This document shows, one piece after another, positions 8,306 to 18,489 of a stretch of DNA of 64,000 nt. The notes beneath the pieces are model-generated. The model saw only the letters and a list, made by a program, of their open reading frames with translations. It was not told where the DNA came from and ran no database searches. This DNA is from a virus. Lineage: Duplodnaviria; Caudoviricetes. The stretch lies in IMG/VR virus record IMGVR_UViG_3300042477_000769; one strand, written 5' to 3'. The position numbers were made by a program, and so were the translations under genes. Position 1 is the stretch's first letter. Each line of letters opens with the position of its first letter.

Positions 8306-9913
8306 TTGAAAATGAGCGTTGATAAATTACATAAATTAGTGAGTTCTCTAAATACATCATTATTTAATAATGAGAGACTTGCCACACCTGTATTAGCTAT
8401 TAAATTAGCGCAAGCTAATGCCGCTTATCCGGAAGACCAAACCATTGGGGCGATGCATCGGATTATTGGTAAAATGGTAGATAATGAGAACGTGTTTATT
8501 AGCAAGGGAGAGTTAAAAGCTCTAGCTAATAAATTATATTCTCGTAATACTAAATTTGCCGAACTTTTTCAAGAAGAATTAGGATTAACTTCTCCGATTG
8601 CCGAGCCAAAATATTTTCCACGAGATGAATCAACAGCCGAAGTTCGTTATGAGGTACAAGACCAGGTATTAGCTAGTGCGTTAGATAGTGTCTTTAATAA
8701 TGCGCCATTAAAGATGTATTCTAAGAAATTAGCTTCACAAGCCTTACATTCAGTGGCCTCTAGTTTAGATGCTTGGAATTTAACACCTACTTCTTTAATG
8801 GTCGATGAGGGTAATGAAAAGTTTTTAGTGATTAAAGCTAATTATGAGACTCCTAAAGGGATGACCAGTTTATTTATTCCGGTAGAAACAGTAAAGGATC
8901 AAGTATTAGAAGCTTCGGTATTTATGGGTAATGTTGGCCCGCAAGAGTTAAATCATAGTGCTATTAAATCATATTTAACGACTCAAGCCGGGACTAAATT
9001 AAAAATTAATGGATCTCAGATTTTATCGATTCTGACTACTGCTGCTTCAGAAAACAGAGAAATTAGCGATGCAGAAATTGCGTTAACTAAATTAACTGCC
9101 TCTCGTCAAGGAGAGTCTCAATTTTTTGATAATTCGATTGTGGGACAAAAAGTGGCCGAAGCAGGACGTAAAGATATTGAATTTGCTAAATCAGATGAAT
9201 TTATGTCATTTGAGAAGCAATTTACTACTCCTCAAGGCCAAGCTATTTGGCAATTTGGGGAAGAAAAAGTTAAAATTGCTCGAGAACATATTATTAGAGA
9301 GTTAAAGAGTTATGGTCATAAGAACCCACAAGTAGTTATTGCCAAGAGCGATAATAACTCTATTTTTTACCATGTCTCATTAGATGTGGGTCGGGTTGGA
9401 TTTACGGTTCCGGTAAAAATTGCCTCGGGTAAAATTATGAAACCATCTATTATGTTATGTAATGGGGCGGTGAAATCATTTAATCAAGAGAGTATTAACG
9501 AATTATATGTCAAAAATACCAGCGATTATCGTGCCGCTGCGGGCGCCTCAACTTTCTCTGGCTTAAAGCCCAGTGAAGTATTAGATAATTTGCGTACGGC
9601 CTTAGCTGAAACGAATTACGCTAAAGCCGAAGATGCGTTAAATGTCTTAGCTCATAGTGGAGATACCAAAGCATATGCTACTGGATTTAGCGTTTATATG
9701 AGCGCGTTAGCTAATAAAAATAATGAGCCTGTGCATAAATGCGCTCATGCCATTCACAATAAAACCAGTGAGCATCCCATTTGCAGTCAGACCGGATTAC
9801 CGACTCATAAAGTTTACCAAGACAAAGATGGAAATTGCCGACCGATGTATCGTAGGGGCATGGCTGAGACCTATGAAGGCGCAATTTTTAACAACTACAA
9901 AATTTTTGGATGA
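8306..9913 (+). CDS. Hypothetical protein, 535 aa, Cys/His cluster at C-terminus
   Basis: Long ORF; C-terminal HKCAH..HPICSQTG..NC. Confidence 0.65.
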   Translation: MKMSVDKLHKLVSSLNTSLFNNERLATPVLAIKLAQANAAYPEDQTIGAMHRIIGKMVDNENVFISKGELKALANKLYSRNTKFAELFQEELGLTSPIAEPKYFPRDESTAEVRYEVQDQVLASALDSVFNNAPLKMYSKKLASQALHSVASSLDAWNLTPTSLMVDEGNEKFLVIKANYETPKGMTSLFIPVETVKDQVLEASVFMGNVGPQELNHSAIKSYLTTQAGTKLKINGSQILSILTTAASENREISDAEIALTKLTASRQGESQFFDNSIVGQKVAEAGRKDIEFAKSDEFMSFEKQFTTPQGQAIWQFGEEKVKIAREHIIRELKSYGHKNPQVVIAKSDNNSIFYHVSLDVGRVGFTVPVKIASGKIMKPSIMLCNGAVKSFNQESINELYVKNTSDYRAAAGASTFSGLKPSEVLDNLRTALAETNYAKAEDALNVLAHSGDTKAYATGFSVYMSALANKNNEPVHKCAHAIHNKTSEHPICSQTGLPTHKVYQDKDGNCRPMYRRGMAETYEGAIFNNYKIFG

Positions 9914-10686
9914 TTATGAGAATAGTGAGACTGGCTAATTTATTAGAATTAAAGTATAATTTTACCTCTCAAGCCGGCCTTGCTGACATTATGGGGCAGG
10001 TAAAATCCGATTTAATTTCTGCCTATAATTTATATGTTAATAGTCAAACGGCGAAAGAGCCGGTCTTAGCTATGGTGGCTCAAATGGGAGAACCATTTAC
10101 GGTATCGTTTGTTCACAATATGAATAAAATGATTGCTAATTTGGATGTATTAGCAGAATCTCCGGCGTTATTATTTAATAGTATTAATAAGATGTTAGGG
10201 GCAATTCAAGAAGTAAAAGATGATAAAGACAAAACGGTACGTAATTTTATTCATGATTCTATTCGAGTCACGAAGCAATCGGAAAAAAATTATCGAGAAT
10301 TAGTTAAATCTAAATTTGAAACTATGTTATATCGTTTGTCGCATATTTTAGAAAAGCAAGCGAAGACTTTGAAAGTCTTTTTACCTAAAGAGGTAGAATT
10401 AGCTGGTGGTGGAGTGTTACCAGAAAGAAAAGAGTTAAGTAAAGATAAGTTACGAATGTTTTTAATGACTCCGGCTGCTCAAAAATATGGTTTACATTCG
10501 TTAGATATCTTAGAAAAAGTATTATCAGATCCAGAGTTAAAAGAAAAATTAACTACTTTAATCAATGCAGTTGATCGTGGGCATGTTCCAGCAGATGGTC
10601 CAGAAATTGCAGAAGCCACTCAAGAAATAATGGACTGGTTTAAAAGCAAACAAACTAATGCCAAACAATTTGAAGATGTGGAATGA
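9910..10686 (+). CDS. Hypothetical protein
   Basis: ORF coupled to upstream stop (ATGA); N-terminal RLANLLE..SQA|G. Confidence 0.6.
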   Translation: MIMRIVRLANLLELKYNFTSQAGLADIMGQVKSDLISAYNLYVNSQTAKEPVLAMVAQMGEPFTVSFVHNMNKMIANLDVLAESPALLFNSINKMLGAIQEVKDDKDKTVRNFIHDSIRVTKQSEKNYRELVKSKFETMLYRLSHILEKQAKTLKVFLPKEVELAGGGVLPERKELSKDKLRMFLMTPAAQKYGLHSLDILEKVLSDPELKEKLTTLINAVDRGHVPADGPEIAEATQEIMDWFKSKQTNAKQFEDVE

Positions 10687-10695
10687 GGAGCTATT

Positions 10696-11409
10696 ATGAG
10701 AGTTGCTGAAATATTACAGGCGATGGCGGCTTGGTTAGAGAGCCCAGATAATGAGGCATTATTATTATCTGAATATCATGAAGATAGCATGAAAATTGTG
10801 GCAGAAAATTGCATTTTGGCGGCAGCTTTGCTGAAAAATGCGGCAGAACAAGTCAATGAAATTGAGCCTCCCGCAGAATCCAAGATTACTCCAGAAGCTA
10901 TTGAGCAAACGGCCGCGTTAGCTGCTATGTTTGATGCTTCGGGCGATCCAGAATTAAAAAAACAAGCTTCAGTTTTAGATGAGTTATTATTATCTATTGC
11001 GGCTCCACCTCATGCATATGCCGAGAGAAAAGATTTACAAGACCAACGGTTAGTAGAATTAAAGAAAAAATATGAGAATCCAACTCAAGAATTAAATGAA
11101 ACCAATAAAACGGCTGATGCTGAGAAAATAATTGATAAAAGCAATATGACCAAAACTTATAAAGTGTTGGAAGCTCCCTTAAGCACTCGTTATTGCCCAG
11201 ATCATCCAGGAGTGCAAATTGCCAGAGTGGGAGAGCATATGTGGCAATGTGAGCTAGATAAAAAATCTTATAATTTTGAGACTGGATTTGAATTAACTAA
11301 TGGTGCTCAAGTTCCAGGAGGCGATGTAGCTAATCAAACTCAAGTCTTAGAAATTCCGTATCATGCCATCTTCGATAGTCGCGAAGATCGACTTGGCTAT
11401 AATAAATAA
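10696..11409 (+). CDS. Hypothetical protein with shared helical motif and CxxH..C cluster
   Basis: SD GAGGAG at 10685-10690; LAAMFDASGDPELKKQASVLD; RYCPDHPG..WQC. Confidence 0.65.
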   Translation: MRVAEILQAMAAWLESPDNEALLLSEYHEDSMKIVAENCILAAALLKNAAEQVNEIEPPAESKITPEAIEQTAALAAMFDASGDPELKKQASVLDELLLSIAAPPHAYAERKDLQDQRLVELKKKYENPTQELNETNKTADAEKIIDKSNMTKTYKVLEAPLSTRYCPDHPGVQIARVGEHMWQCELDKKSYNFETGFELTNGAQVPGGDVANQTQVLEIPYHAIFDSREDRLGYNK

Positions 11410-11432
11410 TATAATTATCATTTAAGATATAG

Positions 11433-11463
11433 ATGGTCGTGAAAACTTCACGGCCATTTTTTT
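11433..11463 (+). terminator. Intrinsic terminator
   Basis: ATGGTCGTGA-AAAC-TTCACGGCCAT stem followed by T7. Confidence 0.8.
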
Positions 11464-11501
11464 ATGTGTATAAATTTGGCGATAAAATCATATTATTCTA
11501 G

Positions 11502-12260
11502 ATGAATAAGCCGGCTTATAAAAAAATATTAGAACATCCAGATAAGGATGAAATTATTTCGAAATTGGTCATTGGTATTTCTGCCAGTGATATTCATGAA
11601 TGGTTAAAAATTAAGTATAGTGCTGTGAGTGAAGCTAAATTAGTCTTATCAGAAAAACACATTAAATCTTTTAATGATAATTATTTAGATTTTTATAATG
11701 ATATGTTGCAAGACGTTGCGGCTACTAAAACTGGTATGACTAATAAACCAGAAGATGAATTAAAATTAGCGGTCAGAAATAATCCAACTTATAAAGACGC
11801 GTTACTAAAAGTAGCTAATAATGAGTTAGATATTGAACGAATTATGGCCACGATGGCGATTAATGTAGAAACTCGAATGGCTCAAGTATTTGATGAGATG
11901 ATGGAAGATCCTCGCAATATTAATACCAAAGTGGATCGATTATTTGCAGAATACGCTGATATTTTAGGTAATTTATTAGATAAATATCATAAATGGAAAG
12001 AAAAACCAGCAGCTGATCAAGTGATTCAGCATAATGTTACTTTACAGGTTGTAGATCAGCATATTTCAGTATTTCATGATGTAATTAAAGAGGTGTTGTC
12101 TCAAATGGATTTAGAGACCTCCATGTACTTTATGGAAGTGTTTGCAGAAAAAATGGCAAAATTAAAACAACCGACCCATGAAGCTGGACCCAGTCAAGAA
12201 ATGAAATTAGCTGAAGCAAAACTATTAAATGAAACTATTAACCAAAAAGTTAATCAATGA
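11502..12260 (+). CDS. Hypothetical helical protein, possibly small terminase
   Basis: N-terminal HTH-like segment and long helices; first gene after the terminator in the packaging region. Function is only a guess. Confidence 0.35.
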   Translation: MNKPAYKKILEHPDKDEIISKLVIGISASDIHEWLKIKYSAVSEAKLVLSEKHIKSFNDNYLDFYNDMLQDVAATKTGMTNKPEDELKLAVRNNPTYKDALLKVANNELDIERIMATMAINVETRMAQVFDEMMEDPRNINTKVDRLFAEYADILGNLLDKYHKWKEKPAADQVIQHNVTLQVVDQHISVFHDVIKEVLSQMDLETSMYFMEVFAEKMAKLKQPTHEAGPSQEMKLAEAKLLNETINQKVNQ

Positions 12261-14074
12261 AAACCCTGTTATCTACCTCAACATTAGATCTTCATCCTTA
12301 CCAAGATGAAGAATTAGAGCTTTCAGACGAAATGAAAGTAAAATTAGAAAAATTAATGGAATTTTTTGATGAGTATTCTATTGATTATGATAAATTCAAG
12401 TTAGATAATATTCCTACCTTAGATTTTGGTAAGAAGGATGCTTATCCTAATAATCGAGATTATTTTAATATTCCGGGTCAACATAATACTCAGAAGTGGC
12501 TAGAAACGGTAAAAAATATTTATCGAAGTGAACAACAAGGTGAAAATAGAGTGCAAGCTATTCGTCGGGCCACCAATGGTTGGCATATTATGGAAACCTT
12601 TGATTTTCTTAATTGGGTGAAGTTTTATGAGTCTGGAGATCATATGAAGTATAAATTTGCCAAATTGTGGTATGAAAATGATGATTTGGGTCCGGGTTAT
12701 TTCTTACAAATTAAACAAGATGAATCGGTTCCTGAAAAACACACCTCCGGTCAAGATATTGATTTTGCTCGAGAAACTGCCGTTTCAGATACTCAAAAAC
12801 GACAAACAATTGAAAAACAGCGTAATAAAATAATTGGTCGATTAGATTCTGCAGAAAAATTACTACGTTCTCCAGAAGGCAATATTTTCTCTGGCAAAGA
12901 ATTCCAATCTTTATTGGAAGCCATTTATGAATTAAAGAAAAAAATTCAAATGATTAATAAGGTTAGCACCTCTACTAAATTATATGAAGATATGATTATT
13001 AGAGAAGCTAATGTGTTAAATAAACGTGGATTTTATCAAGCTGCTAATTTATTAGCCTCTTATGCTCAAACTCCGGCCGCCTCGGGAGAATCGGCGACTG
13101 GTACACCCTCCGGAACAGAGGTAGTAGCTCCAGCTTCTGCAGGAGATCCTGCTGGAGCCGGTCATCCAGGAGCCCCAGGAGGATTACCTTCTACTGGACC
13201 CGGCATGGCTCCAGGAACCAGTGCGTCTGGGACAGTAAATACACCACCAGCTATTGAAGAATTTTTATCTGGTTTAAATAATGGGCAATACGCTCCTAAA
13301 GATAAGCAATTATCAGAAGACTCTTTAGAGGTAGAAGATAATTTAGAAGTTAATGAAGAAGAGTTATTAGTCACTGAAGCTCAACTTGCTACTCCTAAAT
13401 TAGAAGTGGATGAGCCAATTACTACTTCTCCAGCCCCGGCTCCTTTGGATCCTGCTCCAGTGGCCGCGCCTACCACTCCAGAGGCAGATCCAGATAAACC
13501 AGTCACTAAAGAAGAGTTAGAAATTTCAGAAGAGGATATTGAAAGAGCTAAACATAGAAAATTAACTCCTAATTTTGACACTAAAGTTAATGAAGTATTC
13601 TCTAATATTACTATTGCTGATGTAGTAGTTAAATTAGAAGATTTAGCTAAAATCTTCAAAATTAGAGAAGTGCCTCGTCAATTAGGCATTGTAGATATGA
13701 TGTTAGATAGTTTAGGATTAGCCTCTTTCTTCCCCTCCTTATCAGAAGCTACTAATAAAGCTTTAGAATCTAATAATTATATTTCTACTCGTTTAGAAGA
13801 TATTTTATCTAAATTACATGGAGCCATGGCTACCAAAGAAATTGATTTGACGGGAGAAGAACCCCCTTCCAATCCAGAAGTAGATAAAATTAAAGAAAAA
13901 TTAAAGCAAGATGAGAATAAAGATAAAGCCAGAAAACAAATGAGAAAACAACAGGAAATGTCGGAATTAGAAAATAAATCTAAAGAAACTCCTGAAATAG
14001 AAATCGAAGAAGATTTATCGGTCCCTCCTGCTCCAGTAGCACCCGTGACACCACCACCCGCCGTCAAACCATAA
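12257..14074 (+). CDS. Hypothetical protein with Pro/Ala/Gly-rich and acidic linkers
   Basis: 605-aa ORF; shared motif EANVLNKRGFYQAANLLASYAQ. Confidence 0.65.
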   Translation: MKTLLSTSTLDLHPYQDEELELSDEMKVKLEKLMEFFDEYSIDYDKFKLDNIPTLDFGKKDAYPNNRDYFNIPGQHNTQKWLETVKNIYRSEQQGENRVQAIRRATNGWHIMETFDFLNWVKFYESGDHMKYKFAKLWYENDDLGPGYFLQIKQDESVPEKHTSGQDIDFARETAVSDTQKRQTIEKQRNKIIGRLDSAEKLLRSPEGNIFSGKEFQSLLEAIYELKKKIQMINKVSTSTKLYEDMIIREANVLNKRGFYQAANLLASYAQTPAASGESATGTPSGTEVVAPASAGDPAGAGHPGAPGGLPSTGPGMAPGTSASGTVNTPPAIEEFLSGLNNGQYAPKDKQLSEDSLEVEDNLEVNEEELLVTEAQLATPKLEVDEPITTSPAPAPLDPAPVAAPTTPEADPDKPVTKEELEISEEDIERAKHRKLTPNFDTKVNEVFSNITIADVVVKLEDLAKIFKIREVPRQLGIVDMMLDSLGLASFFPSLSEATNKALESNNYISTRLEDILSKLHGAMATKEIDLTGEEPPSNPEVDKIKEKLKQDENKDKARKQMRKQQEMSELENKSKETPEIEIEEDLSVPPAPVAPVTPPPAVKP

Positions 14075-14075
14075 C

Positions 14076-16427
14076 ATGAAATTACGTAATTTATTAGATC
14101 AAATGCAATCTATATCTAATAAAATCGGCTCGTCTCAGCCGATGATCTGTGGAGGTACGCCTCGGGATCAGTATATGGAAAGATTAGATCATATTGCTGA
14201 TCTAGATATTACTACTGGAGATAAAAAAGTACAATTTTTAGCGCAAGAATTTGGTAATGCATTAGCTAAACAATATGATGTCACGACTAAAATTCATGAA
14301 GATGGTCACGGAACTATTTATTTAGGTGATTTTAAAATTGATTTTTCTTCCAATTTTAATATTCCTAATATTGATAATATTTTGATTAAACAAGGTATTA
14401 CTAAGCCAACTAGTATGCAAAAAGAAATGTTTAGTCGAGATTTTACTTGTAATTCATTATTATTATCCTTAGATCTAAAAAATGTCATCGATCCTACTTA
14501 TCACGGATTACAAGATATTGATCAGAAAATAATTAGAACTTGTTTATCTCCAGAAATTACTTTATTAACTAATAAAAATAGAGTGGTTCGTGCTATTTAT
14601 TTGGCCTCCAAATTAGATTTTAATATTGATCCCAATATTATCAGCTATGTGGCGGCACATCCAGAGTCAGTAAAAATCTCGACTCCTAAATCTTTAACAG
14701 AAAAACTAAATTCTGCTTTTGAATTTAATCCGGAACGTGCCGCTTTTTATCTGACTCAGATGAATTTGTGGAATTATGTTCCTATTACTCCTGTTATGAG
14801 ACCATTTTTTATGAAAAAAAATACCACCGTTTCTTATATTTTATCTAAATATGCTGCCATTTCATCCGTGTCAGAAGCCAAACAATTGTTTGGTTTATTG
14901 GAAAATTTTACAGAAGAAGATGTAAAAAAGAAATATAAAGAATTAGTGGTGAAAAATTATCCCGATGTTAATCCTGTTAATGGTCATGAGAAAATGTTAG
15001 ATATTACTCAAGCTAAAGAAATACTATTAAAAAGCCTGACTACTCCAGAGCCTGTATTATTAAAGGAAGAAGAACCATGGAGACATTCTTATCATACGCC
15101 TGTCTCTGAATATATGGATGATGAAAAATGGGAATATTATACCAATCCAGAAATATTTAAACAATATCAAAAAGATTTTGAAGCTGAGCAAAATTATCAT
15201 CAATATGATGAGGATAGTTCAAGATTAAGAGAACAAGCAGAAGAAGATAGAATTTATAATCTCAGAGATAATATCGTCTCTATTTTAGAAAAAGTTAACC
15301 CGAATAAATTAGTAGAAGATTTTGGAGTGGATCTCGATGCCACTTCAATAAAAGAACTAGGTTTAGGTAATTTAGCCTCAAATCAAGATGGAATAGAATT
15401 AAGTGATTTAATTTCAGCGGCTATTCTCGAGATCATCTATTATGACCATCCTAAATATTTACCTAAATTATTAGAATTAGATTATTTTAAAAATGCAGTT
15501 CGTTCAAATAATTATATGAACAAGAACATGTCAGACTTGCTAAACAAGATAGATAATGAAAATATTAATAAATTATTTTTGACCAGTAAACTTTCTCTTA
15601 AAGATTTATCTAATTATCGAGATGAGCAGGGTATTATTGATGTGTTATTAAATAATCAAAATAAAGTAGTTACTGATTTATTGCAAGCTAAAAATCCACT
15701 AGATATGGTAGTTTGGTTTAGCGCTCCAGTGTTAAAAAATGTTTCTTACATCTTGCTAGACCAAGAACAAACTAAGCCGATAGTAAAATTATTAGATTTG
15801 GTTAAGAGACAATTAAACCAAAAAATAAAAACAGCTTATTTTCAAGGTGGGGGAGGAGTCAACGAACCCACTCCGAAAAAACGAAAATATAAAATAGATC
15901 CGGCCGAAGTAGTCCAGCCGAGATTTGAAGAGCCGTTTTATCGTAATTATGATCTATATAATGTTCCTGGTAAATATGGTCCGGGCACTAGAAAAAATCC
16001 TAAAAACTTAAAAGGCAAATATAAAGCTAAAAAAACTGCTCGAACTAAAGTCTTATCTAATCTCTTAAAAGTAGCCATTGACTTTCCTTCTGATAACCAA
16101 GTTAATCCAGAATTAATTACTGGTCAGCAAAATAACTTAATGGAATATCTTAATCCGGCCGGAGGATATTTAGATAAATATCTTCCTGATAATGATTTGG
16201 AAGATAAAGACCCCACCAAATTAAACTTTGGTCGAGATTATGCCGATCAACCCACAGGGCCTAAAATCGATAATATTGAAAAATTATTAGAACAATATTT
16301 GCCGACTGATTTGTATGGATTACCAGATGGAGTCGATGTCACAGAAGAAGAATTAGACCAACCTAATGATATTAATCCATTTTATGGTACCTTAGGCCCT
16401 AATAGTTTGATTCATCAACGCTACTAA
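14076..16427 (+). CDS. Divergent CCA/poly(A)-polymerase-family nucleotidyltransferase fused to a J-domain-like segment and a long C-terminal extension
   Basis: Motif A GGTPRD..DLD; motif B EMFSRDFT; motif D region TNKNRVVRA; J-like EAKQLFGL..EDVKKKYKELVVKNYPD..EKMLDITQAKEIL. Confidence 0.75.
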   Translation: MKLRNLLDQMQSISNKIGSSQPMICGGTPRDQYMERLDHIADLDITTGDKKVQFLAQEFGNALAKQYDVTTKIHEDGHGTIYLGDFKIDFSSNFNIPNIDNILIKQGITKPTSMQKEMFSRDFTCNSLLLSLDLKNVIDPTYHGLQDIDQKIIRTCLSPEITLLTNKNRVVRAIYLASKLDFNIDPNIISYVAAHPESVKISTPKSLTEKLNSAFEFNPERAAFYLTQMNLWNYVPITPVMRPFFMKKNTTVSYILSKYAAISSVSEAKQLFGLLENFTEEDVKKKYKELVVKNYPDVNPVNGHEKMLDITQAKEILLKSLTTPEPVLLKEEEPWRHSYHTPVSEYMDDEKWEYYTNPEIFKQYQKDFEAEQNYHQYDEDSSRLREQAEEDRIYNLRDNIVSILEKVNPNKLVEDFGVDLDATSIKELGLGNLASNQDGIELSDLISAAILEIIYYDHPKYLPKLLELDYFKNAVRSNNYMNKNMSDLLNKIDNENINKLFLTSKLSLKDLSNYRDEQGIIDVLLNNQNKVVTDLLQAKNPLDMVVWFSAPVLKNVSYILLDQEQTKPIVKLLDLVKRQLNQKIKTAYFQGGGGVNEPTPKKRKYKIDPAEVVQPRFEEPFYRNYDLYNVPGKYGPGTRKNPKNLKGKYKAKKTARTKVLSNLLKVAIDFPSDNQVNPELITGQQNNLMEYLNPAGGYLDKYLPDNDLEDKDPTKLNFGRDYADQPTGPKIDNIEKLLEQYLPTDLYGLPDGVDVTEEELDQPNDINPFYGTLGPNSLIHQRY

Positions 16428-16442
16428 TGTTATAGATCCAGG

Positions 16443-17552
16443 ATGAGTCAACGGTCCTCTTTAATGGCTTGGACTCAAGCCGCTCTCGCTAAACATCATA
16501 ATTACTATGATTATTCTGCGGCAGTGTACCGTGGCAGTGATAGTAAAATTACTATTATTTGTCCGATTCATGGTAAATTTGAACAAACTGCCGGATCACA
16601 TTTAAAAGGTCATGGTTGTTCAGTCTGCTCGTATCAACAACGAGGCCGGCAAAAATCTTTGACCTTATCTCAATTTGTAGAAAAATCTCAATTAATCCAT
16701 GGAGTTACTTATGATTATTCATTAGTAACATTTGTTAATATTTTAACAAAAGTTAAGATAATTTGTTCTATTCACGGAGAATTTGAAATTCTACCCAAAT
16801 TCCATTTAGCCGGCCATGGATGTCAGCAATGCGGAAAAATAAATAAATCTAATAAACTGCGAGCTTCTACTCAAGATTTTATTGAAAAAAGTGAGAAAAT
16901 ACATGATCATAAATATGATTATCATCAAGTAAATTATATAACTTCTAAGCATAAAGTAACTATTACTTGTCCACTTCACGGTAATTTTAATCAAGTAGCT
17001 GGAGATCATTTAGCTGGTTATGGTTGCCCGAAATGTTCCAAATTATACCGTCCGACTACTGCAGAATTTATTGCCAGCGCACAATTAATTCATCAATTCA
17101 AATATGATTATAGTTTAGTCAATTATCAATCCAGTAAAATTAAAATTCCCATTATTTGTTCCGTCCATGGGACTTTTTGGCAAACACCTCATGCTCATAT
17201 TATTGGCAAATGTGGATGCCCTAATTGTAGTAATTGGAGTTCTAAAAAAGAACAAGCTTGGATTCAATCCTTAAATAATCCGAATCTTAAACTTCAACAA
17301 ACTATCAAAATTAATAATCGAATCTTTAAGGTGGATGGGTTTGATCCTGCTACTAATACTATTTACGAATTTTACGGAGATTTTTGGCACGGCAATCCTC
17401 AAGTCTATTCAGCTGAAGCGGTAAATTCCATTAATAAAAAGAAATTTGGAGAGCTGTATTTAGCTACGTTGGAGAAAGAAAATATATTGAAAAATCATTA
17501 CCATTTAGTCCATATTTGGGAATATGATTGGGATTTGTTAACAAAAACCTGA
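16443..17552 (+). CDS. Zinc-ribbon-repeat PD-(D/E)xK-type putative homing endonuclease
   Basis: Four repeats YDYS..Y......ITIICPxHG.F.Q....HL.G.GC..C; C-terminal KVDGFDPATNTIYEFYGDFWHGNP..HIWE. Confidence 0.8.
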   Translation: MSQRSSLMAWTQAALAKHHNYYDYSAAVYRGSDSKITIICPIHGKFEQTAGSHLKGHGCSVCSYQQRGRQKSLTLSQFVEKSQLIHGVTYDYSLVTFVNILTKVKIICSIHGEFEILPKFHLAGHGCQQCGKINKSNKLRASTQDFIEKSEKIHDHKYDYHQVNYITSKHKVTITCPLHGNFNQVAGDHLAGYGCPKCSKLYRPTTAEFIASAQLIHQFKYDYSLVNYQSSKIKIPIICSVHGTFWQTPHAHIIGKCGCPNCSNWSSKKEQAWIQSLNNPNLKLQQTIKINNRIFKVDGFDPATNTIYEFYGDFWHGNPQVYSAEAVNSINKKKFGELYLATLEKENILKNHYHLVHIWEYDWDLLTKT

Positions 17553-17593
17553 ATAATTTAACATATTAAAAGATAATCAATTGAGGTACATAA

Positions 17594-18487
17594 ATGTTAA
17601 AATCTATCGCTCAAGAATTAGTAATTGTTGATCCTCCTTCGCAGGAACCGCCGTTAATGTTAGAAATGAGCGATTCCTCACCAGAAGATGGTCTGGATCC
17701 GGTAGAAGTATATGATAATTCTATAACTAATCTTCATATTGTCATGGAATTACCTGGAGCCCCACCTGGCACTCAAGACCCTGAACCAGTCTTAGAGGTC
17801 TCGGAAGAAGAACCAGAAGAAAAACTATCTGAGAAAGAATCAGATGAAAATGATGCTAAAGCAGCTAAAAATGAAAAATGGAACTGGGCTAAACATGGGC
17901 CTACGGGATTTATTGCTTGGGTCAAGGAGCGATGTGATGATGTGCCGAAACATTCGGGTTATGATTCGGCCGGTTTAGAGCGCGCTATTGCCTACCTAGA
18001 GCGGCTCGATAGCGAAGTCTCCAAAGCCATGCGCCTCGACATTGATGGAGAATTAGACGCCAATCAAGTAGAAAAAGTGAGAGCGGTCATTGATAACGGG
18101 ACAGAGCGCTTATTAGATCGTTTAGATAAAGTAAAAAAGAATAAGAAAAAGAGTCGTAAAAAGAAAGCCGATGTCACGGATAGTTTGGTGAAAGAGGCTC
18201 AAAAAATTACTGGAGTGCAAGGCGTATTTGTGACGGTACCCTTGCTAATTTCTAGAATAGCTAGAGTATGTATTAATGGTATGGTCTCTGGTGGCCATGA
18301 TATTGAAGATTTATATGAGCGACAAGTTAAGTTCTATAAATTAAATGATCGTGAACAAGCAGAAGTAATGCAACTATTATCTGATATGGGTTATGCTTTA
18401 AAGCAAGACCGTGGATTTATGCCAGAAGATGATTTACATATTGACGATAGTAGCAATATGGATTTTGCCGCTAACTATAAGGGTTAA
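17594..18487 (+). CDS. Hypothetical protein (probable head-associated)
   Basis: SD GAGG upstream; MLKSIA|Q, ENDA|K and VKEA|Q motifs. Confidence 0.65.
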   Translation: MLKSIAQELVIVDPPSQEPPLMLEMSDSSPEDGLDPVEVYDNSITNLHIVMELPGAPPGTQDPEPVLEVSEEEPEEKLSEKESDENDAKAAKNEKWNWAKHGPTGFIAWVKERCDDVPKHSGYDSAGLERAIAYLERLDSEVSKAMRLDIDGELDANQVEKVRAVIDNGTERLLDRLDKVKKNKKKSRKKKADVTDSLVKEAQKITGVQGVFVTVPLLISRIARVCINGMVSGGHDIEDLYERQVKFYKLNDREQAEVMQLLSDMGYALKQDRGFMPEDDLHIDDSSNMDFAANYKG

Positions 18488-18489
18488 TT

